Source: Sphingopyxis sp. (GTDB taxonomy: Bacteria > Pseudomonadota > Alphaproteobacteria > Sphingomonadales > Sphingomonadaceae). Taken from it: 64,000 nt of DNA. Below the pieces are notes generated by a model. That model was not told the DNA's origin. It worked only from the letters and a program-made list of their open reading frames with translations, and searched no databases. Position numbers and translations under genes: made by a program. This document shows, piece after piece, positions 17,433-26,375 of the stretch (position 1 is its first letter; each line of letters opens with the position of its first letter). The stretch is taken from the NCBI GenBank assembly GCA_016793775.1, contig JAEULK010000011.1, forward strand, positions 2,686-66,685. The letters are read 5' to 3'.

Positions 17433-17659
17433 TTTTTCGCGCGAAGACGCGAAGACGCCAAGAAAAGGAAAAAGATGGACTCGCACAAAGGCACGAAGGC
17501 ACAAAGGGGTGCCGTGCCGGAAGGCTGGCGCGTCGCCGCAGGCGAATAGGATAATGCGCTGCGCGCAATCCTGAAGCGCCGCCGCCGGTCTCTTCCCTCT
17601 TTGTGCCTTCGTGCCTTCGTGCGAGACATTTTTGCGCGTCTTCGCGTCTTTGCGCGAAA
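17433..17659. repeat. Nested pair of family-E-like inverted-repeat elements
   Basis: Outer arms TTCGCGCGAAGACGCGAAGACG / CGTCTTCGCGTCTTTGCGCGAAA; inner arms TCGCACAAAGGCACGAAGGCACAAAG / CTTTGTGCCTTCGTGCCTTCGTGCGA. Confidence 0.85.
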
Positions 17660-17661
17660 CC

Positions 17662-18246
17662 CTATTCCTCGCGCCCCCGACGCAAGATCACATAGACCGC
17701 CCCTGCCCCGCCATGGCTGATATGCGCGGGGCGGAGCGCGACGATGTGGTCGGCATAGGGCGAATAGGCGAGCCAGTCGGGGAGCGAGGCGCGGATCGCG
17801 CCGCGCGGACGGGGGTCGCCGTGCATCGTCGGGAGCCGGTCGGCGCCGGGGCGGAGGCGGCCCGCGACGACAAGCAGCACGCGCGCGCCGCGGATCAGCG
17901 CGCGATGGATGCTCTCGTCGAGCAAGGCCTGCGCCGAGGCCAGCGTGTGACCATGAAGATCGATGCTCATGTCGGGGCGGACGAGCCCCTTGCGTAGGCG
18001 GCGGTCCCAATGGCCGTCGAGCGTCGCATTGCCGTGCGTGCGGCGCGGCGGCGGCAGCGGTGACGGCGCCAAGGACGGACGCGCGGCGGCGGGAGGCGCG
18101 GCGAGGCGCGGCTGCGGCCTGGGCGGTTTGATCGTCGGCGGCGCGGCAATGGGCGCGAGCGGGGCGGGCGCCCTGGCGAGCGGCTTTACCGTCGCCGCGA
18201 CCCTTTTCCAGAGCGCGGCTTCGTCGGGATCGAGGCGCCGCGGCAT
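17662..18246 (-). CDS. Smr/MutS2 domain protein
   Basis: IDLHGHTLASA...VLLVVAG...HGGAGAVYVILRR. Confidence 0.9.
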   Translation of the reverse strand: MPRRLDPDEAALWKRVAATVKPLARAPAPLAPIAAPPTIKPPRPQPRLAAPPAAARPSLAPSPLPPPRRTHGNATLDGHWDRRLRKGLVRPDMSIDLHGHTLASAQALLDESIHRALIRGARVLLVVAGRLRPGADRLPTMHGDPRPRGAIRASLPDWLAYSPYADHIVALRPAHISHGGAGAVYVILRRGREE

Positions 18247-18253
18247 CGCGCGA

Positions 18254-19588
18254 TCAGCGGATGAGCCGCGCGATGCTGGTGCGCGGCAGCAGCAGCAGCG
18301 CCGAGCCGCGCCCCGCCATGCCGCCGGCGATCGCGCGCGCGTCGTTGCCCGCGCCCCAGAAGCTGTCGAAGCGGTTGGCGCCGCGGATCGCGCCGCCGGT
18401 GTCCTGCGCGATCCACAGCCCATTGGGTTCGGCGCGGTCGAGCGACAGGAATACGGGGGCGCCCAAGGGCACATATTTGGGATCGGCGGCGACGCTGGCG
18501 CGGCTGGTGACGGGCACACCCAGAGCGCCGAGCGGGCCGGGGCCGGTGATCTCGCGGAAAAAGACCCAGCTGGGATTCTCGTTCATCACCGCGGCGCCGC
18601 GCACCGGGTCGGCGCGCAGATAATCGAGGATGCCCTGCATCGAGGTCTGGCCGGCTTTGAGTTCGCCGCGGTCGGCGAGCAATTTGCCGATGCCGACATA
18701 GTCGCGGCCGTTCTGCGTATCGTAACCGATACGCATCACCTCGCCGTCGGGCAGGCGCAGGCGGCCCGAGCCCTGGATCTGGAGGAAGAAGAATTCGGCG
18801 GCGTCGGCGGCCCAGGCGATTTCGAGTCCGCGCCCTTCGAGCGCGCCGCGTTCGATCGTGGCGCGGTCATAATAGCGCACCAGATTGCTGCCCTCGACGC
18901 GGCCGCGGATCTTCTTGCCCTTCAGCTCGTCGGAAAATTGGCCGAGGTCGACATCGACGAGATCGGCGGGCCGGCGGTAGACGGGGACGTCGTAACCCGC
19001 GCGCTTGGTCCGCGATCCGGCGATTTCGGGTTCATAATAGCCGGTGACGAAGGCGGTGCCCGCGCCGACCTGCACCGTGCCGAAATAGCGGGTGAAGAAG
19101 GCGGCGGCATCGCTGTCGCGCCAGTTTTTCGCGGCGGTGCAGCTGTCGGCCCAGTCGGCATTCTGGGTCAGGCCGCTGGTGTCGGCGCGGCGGGTGACCG
19201 AGGGGCAGCTGAGCCGGAAGGCGGCGAGCGCGGCGCTCGCCTGCGACGCCGAAACGCCGAGGTCGGCGAATTCGGGACCCGCGACGACCCCGGCTTCGGC
19301 GGCGGTCGTCGCGCTCGCGGGCACCGCCGGCGCGGCGAGCACCGGATTGGGGGTCGCGGGAATCGGCTTCGCCGCGACCGAGCCGCTTTCGGAGGGGCGC
19401 GGGGTATAGGGGCGCGTCGAACCCGAGGGGGTCGGCGTCGGGGCGGGGGTCTGCGCAGGGGTCGGGCGCGGCGCGGTTTCGACGCGGCCGCCACCTGCAT
19501 CGGGAATCACCGACGAACAGGCCGACAGCGCGGGCGTGAGGGCAAAGAGGGCGAATCCCAGCGCCCGGGTGGAGACGGGGCCGGGCAT
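18254..19588 (-). CDS. mltA: Membrane-bound lytic murein transglycosylase A
   Basis: Lipobox LSAC; FVTGYYEP, FFLQIQGSG, AQDTGGAIRG, DSFWG. Confidence 0.95.
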   Translation of the reverse strand: MPGPVSTRALGFALFALTPALSACSSVIPDAGGGRVETAPRPTPAQTPAPTPTPSGSTRPYTPRPSESGSVAAKPIPATPNPVLAAPAVPASATTAAEAGVVAGPEFADLGVSASQASAALAAFRLSCPSVTRRADTSGLTQNADWADSCTAAKNWRDSDAAAFFTRYFGTVQVGAGTAFVTGYYEPEIAGSRTKRAGYDVPVYRRPADLVDVDLGQFSDELKGKKIRGRVEGSNLVRYYDRATIERGALEGRGLEIAWAADAAEFFFLQIQGSGRLRLPDGEVMRIGYDTQNGRDYVGIGKLLADRGELKAGQTSMQGILDYLRADPVRGAAVMNENPSWVFFREITGPGPLGALGVPVTSRASVAADPKYVPLGAPVFLSLDRAEPNGLWIAQDTGGAIRGANRFDSFWGAGNDARAIAGGMAGRGSALLLLPRTSIARLIR

Positions 19589-19593
19589 CGGGA

Positions 19594-20256
19594 TCAGGCG
19601 ACGTCGGCTTCGTCGAGCAGCCAGTTGGGATCGTTGCTGCCGATCGCGCGGCGGAAGGTCCACAGATCGTTGGTCTCGCGCGCGTCGATCATCGACCCCG
19701 CGATCATATTGCCCTCGCCGTCGCGGGTGATCGCGCTGATGTCGGCACGGTAGCGCACGGTGATCCGCGCTTCGCCGCCCGCCAGTTCGACGTCGGTGAT
19801 CTTCGAAGAATCGATGCGAACGAGGCGGTTGTCGAGCCGTTCGCCGCGCGCTTCGCGCGCCGCGATCGCTTCGACGAAGCCGTCATAGCTGTCCTGATCG
19901 CAGAGATCGCGCAGCGTGTCGCGATCGCCCGCCCAGAAGGCTTCGAGGATCATCCGGTACGCGGCCTCCGCCCCTTCCATGAAGCGACCGGCGTCGAAGC
20001 TGCGATCGGTCGCGAGCAGGGCGCGCAGGCCCGCTTCGGCGCCGGATTCGTAAACGAGGCCCGAGGTATCGGCGGCCCCGCCCTGCGGCGCCGGAGCTTC
20101 GTCGTCGAGGCGGACCGGTGCGGGGGCGGCGCGATCGTCGCGGCGCGGTAGCACGGGTTCCTGTTCATGCCCCGTGCGCTTGCCGAGCACCGAATAGAGC
20201 CGCATGCCGAGGAAGGCGGCGATCATGGCGAGCAGGACGATCGAAATGGCTGTCAC
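19594..20256 (-). CDS. Tim44/TimA family protein
   Basis: N-terminal TM, VLGKRTGHE, F..GA..AY..I, WTF...NWLL. Confidence 0.9.
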   Translation of the reverse strand: MTAISIVLLAMIAAFLGMRLYSVLGKRTGHEQEPVLPRRDDRAAPAPVRLDDEAPAPQGGAADTSGLVYESGAEAGLRALLATDRSFDAGRFMEGAEAAYRMILEAFWAGDRDTLRDLCDQDSYDGFVEAIAAREARGERLDNRLVRIDSSKITDVELAGGEARITVRYRADISAITRDGEGNMIAGSMIDARETNDLWTFRRAIGSNDPNWLLDEADVA

Positions 20257-20520
20257 GGGCTGAAGTCCAATATGGTTCTTGTGAATAGTTCGGACCGATA
20301 CATAGGCTATCGGCGGCCATGTTTCAAATCACCATGGCCGCAGCCAGCGGGCAGGTCAACGCTGGCGCAACGCGGGATCGGCCGATCGGGTTGCCGGATA
20401 CGGCCATTGTGCCGCCCGTCCGCCGCTGCTAAGCGCCGCCGCAACCGCTCGCGGAGGTCCGGTCGTCCGATCGCGACGCCGCGGGAGACTTTATCAGACG
20501 ACAGGGAAAGCAAGACCGAC

Positions 20521-21033
20521 ATGGCCGACGAAACGACGCCCGAATTCACCCCCGAAACGCTGCCCAACGGCGAAGACAACAGCCCGGCGATCGGCCTGAT
20601 CTCGCAATATGTGAAGGATTTGTCGTTCGAAAACCCGAACGCGCCGGCCATCTATCAGGTCCAGGACGCGCCGCAGATCGACGTGCAGTTCAACATCGGC
20701 GCCGACCAGGTCGGCGACGGCCTGTTTGAAGTCGCGCTGAAGGTCGACATCACCTCGAAGGCGGGCGAGCTGACCGCGTTCGTCGTCGAGCTGAAATATG
20801 CCGGCCTGTTCGGGGTGCGCAATGTGCCCGACGACCAGTTGCAGCCTTTCTTCCTGGCCGAAGCGCCGCGCATCCTGTTCCCCTTCGCGCGCCGCATCGT
20901 CGCCGACGTCGTGCGCGACGGCGGTTTCCCGCCGCTGCTGCTCGAGCCGATCGATTTCATGGGCCTGTTCCAGCAGCAGCTGCAGGCGCGCGACGCCGAG
21001 CAGGCGGGCGACGTCCTGGTCGGCCAGGCCTGA
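20521..21033 (+). CDS. secB: Protein-export chaperone SecB
   Basis: QYVKDLSFENPNAP...LFPFARRIV...GGFPPLLLEPIDF. Confidence 0.97.
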   Translation: MADETTPEFTPETLPNGEDNSPAIGLISQYVKDLSFENPNAPAIYQVQDAPQIDVQFNIGADQVGDGLFEVALKVDITSKAGELTAFVVELKYAGLFGVRNVPDDQLQPFFLAEAPRILFPFARRIVADVVRDGGFPPLLLEPIDFMGLFQQQLQARDAEQAGDVLVGQA

Positions 21034-21060
21034 TCGACATAATGGGGGCGGGCTGACGGG

Positions 21061-22665
21061 GTGAGCAGCCTGGTCAAGAGCGTCGGGACGATCGGCGGTC
21101 TGACGATGGTCAGCCGCCTGTTCGGTTTCGCGCGCGACATGCTGCTGGCCCGCGTGCTCGGCGCGGGGCTGGCGGCCGACGCCTTCCAGCTCGCCTTCAC
21201 CCTGCCCAACACCTTTCGCCGGCTGTTCGCCGAGGGCGCCTTTTCGGTCGCCTTCGTGCCGATGTACAGCCGCGCGCTGCATGGCGCCGACGACCTTGGG
21301 GGCGGCGAGGAAGCCGCCGCGAAATTCGCCGACGATGTGCTCGGCATCTTCCTGTGGGTGCTGCTGGTCTTCTCCGCCATCGCGATGATCGCGATGCCCG
21401 GCATCGTGTGGATCCTCGCGCGCGAATATCAAGCGGTGCCGGGCAAGTTCGAGCTCGCGGTGTTTTTGAGCCGCATCACCTTTCCCTATCTGGGGCTGGT
21501 CAGTCTGGTCGCGATGCTGTCGGGGCTGCTCAATGCGCGCTCGCGCTTCGCGCCGGGCGCGGCGGCGCCGGTGCTGCTCAACATCGTGCTGATCACCGGC
21601 ATATTGATCGGCGCCGAAATACGCGGCGACCATGGCGACGACCGCATCGTCGCGCTGGCGCTGGCGATCTCGGTCGCGGCGGCGGGGGTGGTGCAGCTTG
21701 CCTATCTATGGTGGTCGGTGCGGCGCGCGGGGCTGAAGCTGCACATCCGCCTGCCCAAGGTCACGCCCGAGGTGAAGAAGCTGGGCCTGCTGATCCTGCC
21801 CGCGACCTTCGGCGCCGGGATTTACCAGATCAGCCAGTTCGTCGACACCTTCTTCGCCACGAGCCTGCCGCAGGGGTCGCTGACCCTGCTCAAGCTCGCC
21901 GACCGGCTGAACCAGCTGCCGCTCGGTATCGTCGGCATCGCGCTCGGCACCGCGATCCTGCCGATGCTGGCGCGCCATATCCACAGCGACGACGGCGCCG
22001 AGGCGCAAAGGTTGCAGGCCAATGCGTTCGAGATCGCGACCCTGCTGACGCTGCCCGCCGCCGCCGCGCTGGCGATCTGCGCGCCCGCCTTTACCGCCGC
22101 CTTTTTCGTCGGGGGCAAGTTTACCGCCGCCGACGGGGCGCTGATGGCGCAGATCGTCGTCGCGCTGGTCGCGGGCCTGCCCGCCTACGTCATCGTGAAA
22201 ATCCTGAATCCCGGCTTTTTCGCGCGCGAGGATACGCGCACCCCGGTGTGGACCGCGCTTGCCTCGCTGATCGTCAATGTGGCGATCAACCTCTATGTCG
22301 TCGAACGCTATGGCATCGTCGGTCTGGCCGGGGCGACCGCGGTGTCGGCCTCGATCAACTGCCTCTTGCTCTATATCATCCTGCACCGGCGCGGCTGGTT
22401 CCATTTCACCGCCAAGCTGGGCGGACGCATCCTGCGCCAGATCGTCGCGGTCGCCGCGATGGCGGGGATGCTGTGGTGGCTGATGCCGCAGATGGCGGCC
22501 TATTATGCGGGATCGGTGATCGAGCGGATCGCCTCGCTCGGCGCACTGTGCGCGGCCGGCGGCGCGGTGTTCTTCGCCGCCGCTTTCCTCGTCGGTGCGC
22601 TTGACAAGGATCTGATCGCCATGCTGACGCGGCGGCGCGCCAAACCGGCGCCAACAGAGGAATAG
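21061..22665 (+). CDS. murJ: Lipid II flippase MurJ
   Basis: SRLFGFARD, LPNTFRRLFAEGAFSVAFVP, YQISQFVD, ADRLNQLPLG. Confidence 0.97.
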   Translation: MSSLVKSVGTIGGLTMVSRLFGFARDMLLARVLGAGLAADAFQLAFTLPNTFRRLFAEGAFSVAFVPMYSRALHGADDLGGGEEAAAKFADDVLGIFLWVLLVFSAIAMIAMPGIVWILAREYQAVPGKFELAVFLSRITFPYLGLVSLVAMLSGLLNARSRFAPGAAAPVLLNIVLITGILIGAEIRGDHGDDRIVALALAISVAAAGVVQLAYLWWSVRRAGLKLHIRLPKVTPEVKKLGLLILPATFGAGIYQISQFVDTFFATSLPQGSLTLLKLADRLNQLPLGIVGIALGTAILPMLARHIHSDDGAEAQRLQANAFEIATLLTLPAAAALAICAPAFTAAFFVGGKFTAADGALMAQIVVALVAGLPAYVIVKILNPGFFAREDTRTPVWTALASLIVNVAINLYVVERYGIVGLAGATAVSASINCLLLYIILHRRGWFHFTAKLGGRILRQIVAVAAMAGMLWWLMPQMAAYYAGSVIERIASLGALCAAGGAVFFAAAFLVGALDKDLIAMLTRRRAKPAPTEE

Positions 22666-22668
22666 ATC

Positions 22669-23667
22669 ATGCGGACCTTGTCGGGCATCCAGCCCACCGG
22701 AAATTTGCACCTGGGCAATTATCTGGGTGCGATCCGCAACTGGGTGCGCATGCAGGACGAGATGGAGGGCGAGAAGCTCTATTTCCTCGCCGACCTGCAC
22801 GCGATCACCGTCTATAACGACCCCGCCGAGCTGACCGCGAACACGCGCGAGATGGCGGCGGCGCTGATGGCGGCGGGGATCGACCCCGCCCGCTCGATCC
22901 TGTTCAACCAGGCGCGCGTGCCCGCGCATGCCGAACTCGCCTGGCTCTTGTTCTGCACCGCGCGGATCGGCTGGCTGAACCGGATGACCCAGTTCAAGGA
23001 AAAGTCGGGCAAGAACCGCGAGGGCGCGAGCGTCGGCCTCTATGCCTATCCCGTGCTGCAGGCGGCCGACGTGCTGCTGTACCAGACGACGCATGTTCCC
23101 GTCGGCGACGACCAGAAACAGCATCTCGAGCTGGCGCGCGATATCGCGACCAAGTTCAACCTCGACACCGGGACCGAGACCTTCGCTTTGCCGGAACCGA
23201 CGATCCCGCCGGCGGCGGCGCGGATCATGAGCCTGCGCGACGGGTCGGCAAAAATGTCGAAATCGGACCCGAGCGATGCGAGCCGGATCAACCTGATCGA
23301 CGATGCCGACACGATCATGGCCAAGATCCGCAAGGCGAAGACCGACGCCGAACCGCTGCCGTCCGAGGCGGCGGGGCTGGAAGGGCGGGCCGAGGCGAAG
23401 AATTTGGTGTCGATCTATGCCGCGATGGCCGACGAGAGCGTCGATGCGGTGCTGGCGCGCTTTGGCGGACAGGGTTTCGGCGCGTTCAAGCCCGCGCTCG
23501 GCGAGTTGCTGGTCGAGACGCTGACCCCCATCGCGACGCGGCTGAATGCGCTCAAGGCCGACACCGCGGCGATCGACGCTGCGCTCGAGGATGGCGCCGC
23601 GCGCGCCAAGGCACTGGCGCAGCCGACGCTCGACGCCGCTTATGCCGCGCTGGGGCTGTGCCGCTGA
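22669..23667 (+). CDS. trpS: Tryptophan--tRNA ligase
   Basis: [31 protein letters not shown]. Confidence 0.98.
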   Translation: MRTLSGIQPTGNLHLGNYLGAIRNWVRMQDEMEGEKLYFLADLHAITVYNDPAELTANTREMAAALMAAGIDPARSILFNQARVPAHAELAWLLFCTARIGWLNRMTQFKEKSGKNREGASVGLYAYPVLQAADVLLYQTTHVPVGDDQKQHLELARDIATKFNLDTGTETFALPEPTIPPAAARIMSLRDGSAKMSKSDPSDASRINLIDDADTIMAKIRKAKTDAEPLPSEAAGLEGRAEAKNLVSIYAAMADESVDAVLARFGGQGFGAFKPALGELLVETLTPIATRLNALKADTAAIDAALEDGAARAKALAQPTLDAAYAALGLCR

Positions 23668-23729
23668 AAGTCGATGGGCCGAGCGGCGAATCGGCTTGCG
23701 CACCTGTGGGGGTGCGATATGCTCGCCCC

Positions 23730-24605
23730 ATGCGGGGGCTGTGGGGGATATTGGTCGCGCTGAGCGCATTGCTGCCGGGGGCGACTCCGGCGCGCGCGGG
23801 CGACCGCGTCCAGGACGCCTATTATTATGCCCGCGGCTGCGAGGACGGCCGCGCCGATGCCTGTTCGAGCCTGGGCTGGATGTTCGAGAATGGCGACGGC
23901 GTCAGCCGCGATTATGGGCAATCGGCGCGGCTCTATGCGCGCGGCTGCGAACTGGCCGACACCTATAGCTGCTATAATCTCGCCAATCTCTACCTCGACG
24001 GGCGCGGGGTGAAGCGCAGCCCGTCGGCGTTCATGATGATGCAGCGCCAGGCATGCGAAAAGGGTCTGGCCGACGGATGCACCAGCTATGGCTATGCGCT
24101 GGCCGAGGGTGTCGGGGTGAGCGTCGACGAGGTGGCGGCGGCCAAATATTTCACCATCGCCTGCAACAGGAAGAATGCGGTCGGATGCCGCAACCTCGGC
24201 ATGCTCGCCTATAACGGACGCGGTCGACCGGTCGATTATGCCGCGGCGTGGAAATATTGGCGGCTCGGCTGCGCGGGCAACAATGCCGACGCGTGCAACG
24301 ACATGGGGGTCGCCTATGAGCGCGGCCATGGCGTCGCGGCGAGCCGGACGCTGGCGCTGCAGATGTACGACAAGGCCTGCAATATGGGCGACAGCCTGGC
24401 GTGCGGCAACGCCCGCAGCCTGCGCGCGCCGCCGGTGACCTATTCGGGGGGTTATGATTCGGGCTATCGCGGCAGCGGGCCCGAGCCCGTCGATCTGCGC
24501 GATTATGAGCGCCCGCCGACGCCGAGCCCGCCGCTGCCGCCACCGATACCGGTGACGCCGATCGGCGGCTGGAACGGGCTGTACGGATGCGGACCCGCAT
24601 GTTGA
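23730..24605 (+). CDS. Secreted cysteine-rich Sel1-like repeat protein with Pro-rich tail
   Basis: Signal peptide; about six 36-aa repeats with C-x7-C and G.GV..D; PTPSPPLPPPIP tail. Confidence 0.88.
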   Translation: MRGLWGILVALSALLPGATPARAGDRVQDAYYYARGCEDGRADACSSLGWMFENGDGVSRDYGQSARLYARGCELADTYSCYNLANLYLDGRGVKRSPSAFMMMQRQACEKGLADGCTSYGYALAEGVGVSVDEVAAAKYFTIACNRKNAVGCRNLGMLAYNGRGRPVDYAAAWKYWRLGCAGNNADACNDMGVAYERGHGVAASRTLALQMYDKACNMGDSLACGNARSLRAPPVTYSGGYDSGYRGSGPEPVDLRDYERPPTPSPPLPPPIPVTPIGGWNGLYGCGPAC

Positions 24606-24622
24606 TGCCAAGGGGGACCAGG

Positions 24623-25312
24623 ATGAAGCGGTGGATGATGGCGGCGATACCGGTCGCGGCGCTGGCGGCGATGGTGCCGGGCGGCGGCGCCGCGGCGGCC
24701 GAATGCAAGGGCGTCAAGCTGCCCGACGGATCGACCGAGCAATATTGCAAGGATCCCGCCGGCAAATGGGTGCCCGCCGCCTCTCTGTCCCGCGCGTTGC
24801 TGCCCGCCAAGGCCGAGGCGCAATATGATGGGACCTATGTGCTGACCGTGTCGAAACCGCAGCGCCGCAAATCGAAGATCACGCTGGGCGATCTGATCGC
24901 CAGCGCCGCGGAAAAGGGCGATCGGTATGAGGGCGCGATGACGATGAAGCTGGTCATCAACGGCGCCTCGGTGACCGGGCAGGTGTCGGGCACCGGCGGC
25001 ATCAGCACGCTGCGCGTGTCGGGGCTGGTCCAGAACGGCCGCTGCCGCCTGATCGACGACCGCAACATGTTCGTTTACGAAGGCGCGTGCAACGCCGAGG
25101 GGTTCAGCGGCACGGTGAACAGCACGTCGAACAGCCGGACGGTGCAGAAGGCCGACTTCGCCCTGACCCTATCGAGCCTGGTCGATGTCGTCGCGCGCGA
25201 CGCGCAGGCGCAGCAGGCGGGCGCCGAGCTGGCGGCGAAGCGCGCGCAGCTGAAGGCACAGTGCGACGCCGGCAAGATCACCGCCTGCGTCGAGATGGAC
25301 CAATTGCGCTGA
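24623..25312 (+). CDS. Secreted hypothetical protein
   Basis: Signal peptide; Cys pairs; C-terminal QCDAGKITAC. Confidence 0.78.
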   Translation: MKRWMMAAIPVAALAAMVPGGGAAAAECKGVKLPDGSTEQYCKDPAGKWVPAASLSRALLPAKAEAQYDGTYVLTVSKPQRRKSKITLGDLIASAAEKGDRYEGAMTMKLVINGASVTGQVSGTGGISTLRVSGLVQNGRCRLIDDRNMFVYEGACNAEGFSGTVNSTSNSRTVQKADFALTLSSLVDVVARDAQAQQAGAELAAKRAQLKAQCDAGKITACVEMDQLR

Positions 25313-25480
25313 AGCGGCGAACCCCTGTTCGGTCCGCGTTATTCTTGTTTTTCCGGGCCGCGCCCCCATATCGGGACATGGAACCGCCGTGCGATGAAGC
25401 GAGTTCAACCAAGGTTAAGTCGCTTTGGCATAGTCATGTTATAAAGAGCGGCCTTTGCGTGCACGACTCACGGAGCCAAG

Positions 25481-26179
25481 ATGATGATGAACAAGACCTC
25501 TATTCGCCGGTTGAGCCTCGCAGCACTGACCGCCGCGACGCTGGCGATCACCGGCTGCGCCACCCCCTTCAAGGCCGATGTGGCGCGCTTCCAGACCCAG
25601 CTGCCCGCGCCGCAGGGCCAGAGCTTCGTCGTCGAGGCGGGCAATCCGCAGCTCGCCGGCGGGATCGAGTTCGGCCAATATGCGAGCCTGGTCGCGGGCG
25701 AGCTGACGCGCTTCGGCTATCGCCCCGCGGCGCCGGGCGAACGCGCCGACATGGTCGTGCGCATGGCCTATGACGTCGACAAAGGCCGCGAGCGCGTGCG
25801 CAGCACCGGTTTCGGCGACCCCTGGTACGGCGGCTATTATGGCCGCGGTTTCCATGGCCCGCCGGTGATCGTGCGCGGCCACGGCGGTCGCCGCTTCGTC
25901 TATGGCTATCGCGATCCCTTCCTTTGGGGCGGCTTCGGCCCGGGCTTCGGCGGCTATAACGATGTCCAGAGCTTCACCGTCTATACCAGCGGCCTCGACC
26001 TGCAAATCAGCCGCGCTTCGGACGGCTACCGCCTGTTCGAAGGCCGCGCCGAGGCGCAGTCGCGCGACAACAATCTCCAGGCGATCGTCCCGAACCTGGT
26101 CGAGGCGATGTTCACCGGCTTTCCGGGCAATTCGGGCGAAAAGGTGCGGATCACCTTGGCGCCGCCCGAAAAGAGCTGA
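25481..26179 (+). CDS. DUF4136-like lipoprotein
   Basis: Lipobox ITGC; G/Y-rich middle; LFEGRAE...LVEAMFTGFPG. Confidence 0.8.
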   Translation: MMMNKTSIRRLSLAALTAATLAITGCATPFKADVARFQTQLPAPQGQSFVVEAGNPQLAGGIEFGQYASLVAGELTRFGYRPAAPGERADMVVRMAYDVDKGRERVRSTGFGDPWYGGYYGRGFHGPPVIVRGHGGRRFVYGYRDPFLWGGFGPGFGGYNDVQSFTVYTSGLDLQISRASDGYRLFEGRAEAQSRDNNLQAIVPNLVEAMFTGFPGNSGEKVRITLAPPEKS

Positions 26180-26200
26180 GCGCGCTGTCATCCGCCTGAC

Positions 26201-26237
26201 AAAAGGCCCGCTTTCCGAGAGGACTGCGGGCCTTTTT
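26201..26237. terminator. Bidirectional intrinsic terminator
   Basis: AAAAGGCCCGC...GCGGGCCTTTTT between convergent genes. Confidence 0.85.
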
Positions 26238-26244
26238 CATATCG

Positions 26245-26319
26245 GTCGCCCCCGCGAAGGCGGGGCCGCAAGCCATCTGGCGCTAAGCCGACAGCAGCCC
26301 CCGCCTTCGCGGGAACGAC
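26245..26319. repeat. Palindromic repeat, family B
   Basis: GTCGCCCCCGCGAAGGCGGGG ... CCCCCGCCTTCGCGGGAACGAC; related copies at 35585 and 63231. Confidence 0.88.
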
Positions 26320-26375
26320 GGTGTATAAGTCAGTGGACAAGTCCTGGGACAACCCCGGCAGAAGCCTGTGGATCA
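26320..26375 (-). promoter_or_regulatory. Cluster of DnaA-box-like 9-mers at the dnaA 3' end
   Basis: - strand: TGATCCACA (26367-75), TTGTCCCAG (26344-52), TTGTCCACT (26332-40), TTATACACC (26320-28). Confidence 0.55.

Noticed and set aside
13996-17659. Repeats as a possible CRISPR array
   Set aside because: No regular repeat-spacer periodicity, copies are dispersed palindromes, and no cas genes are present.
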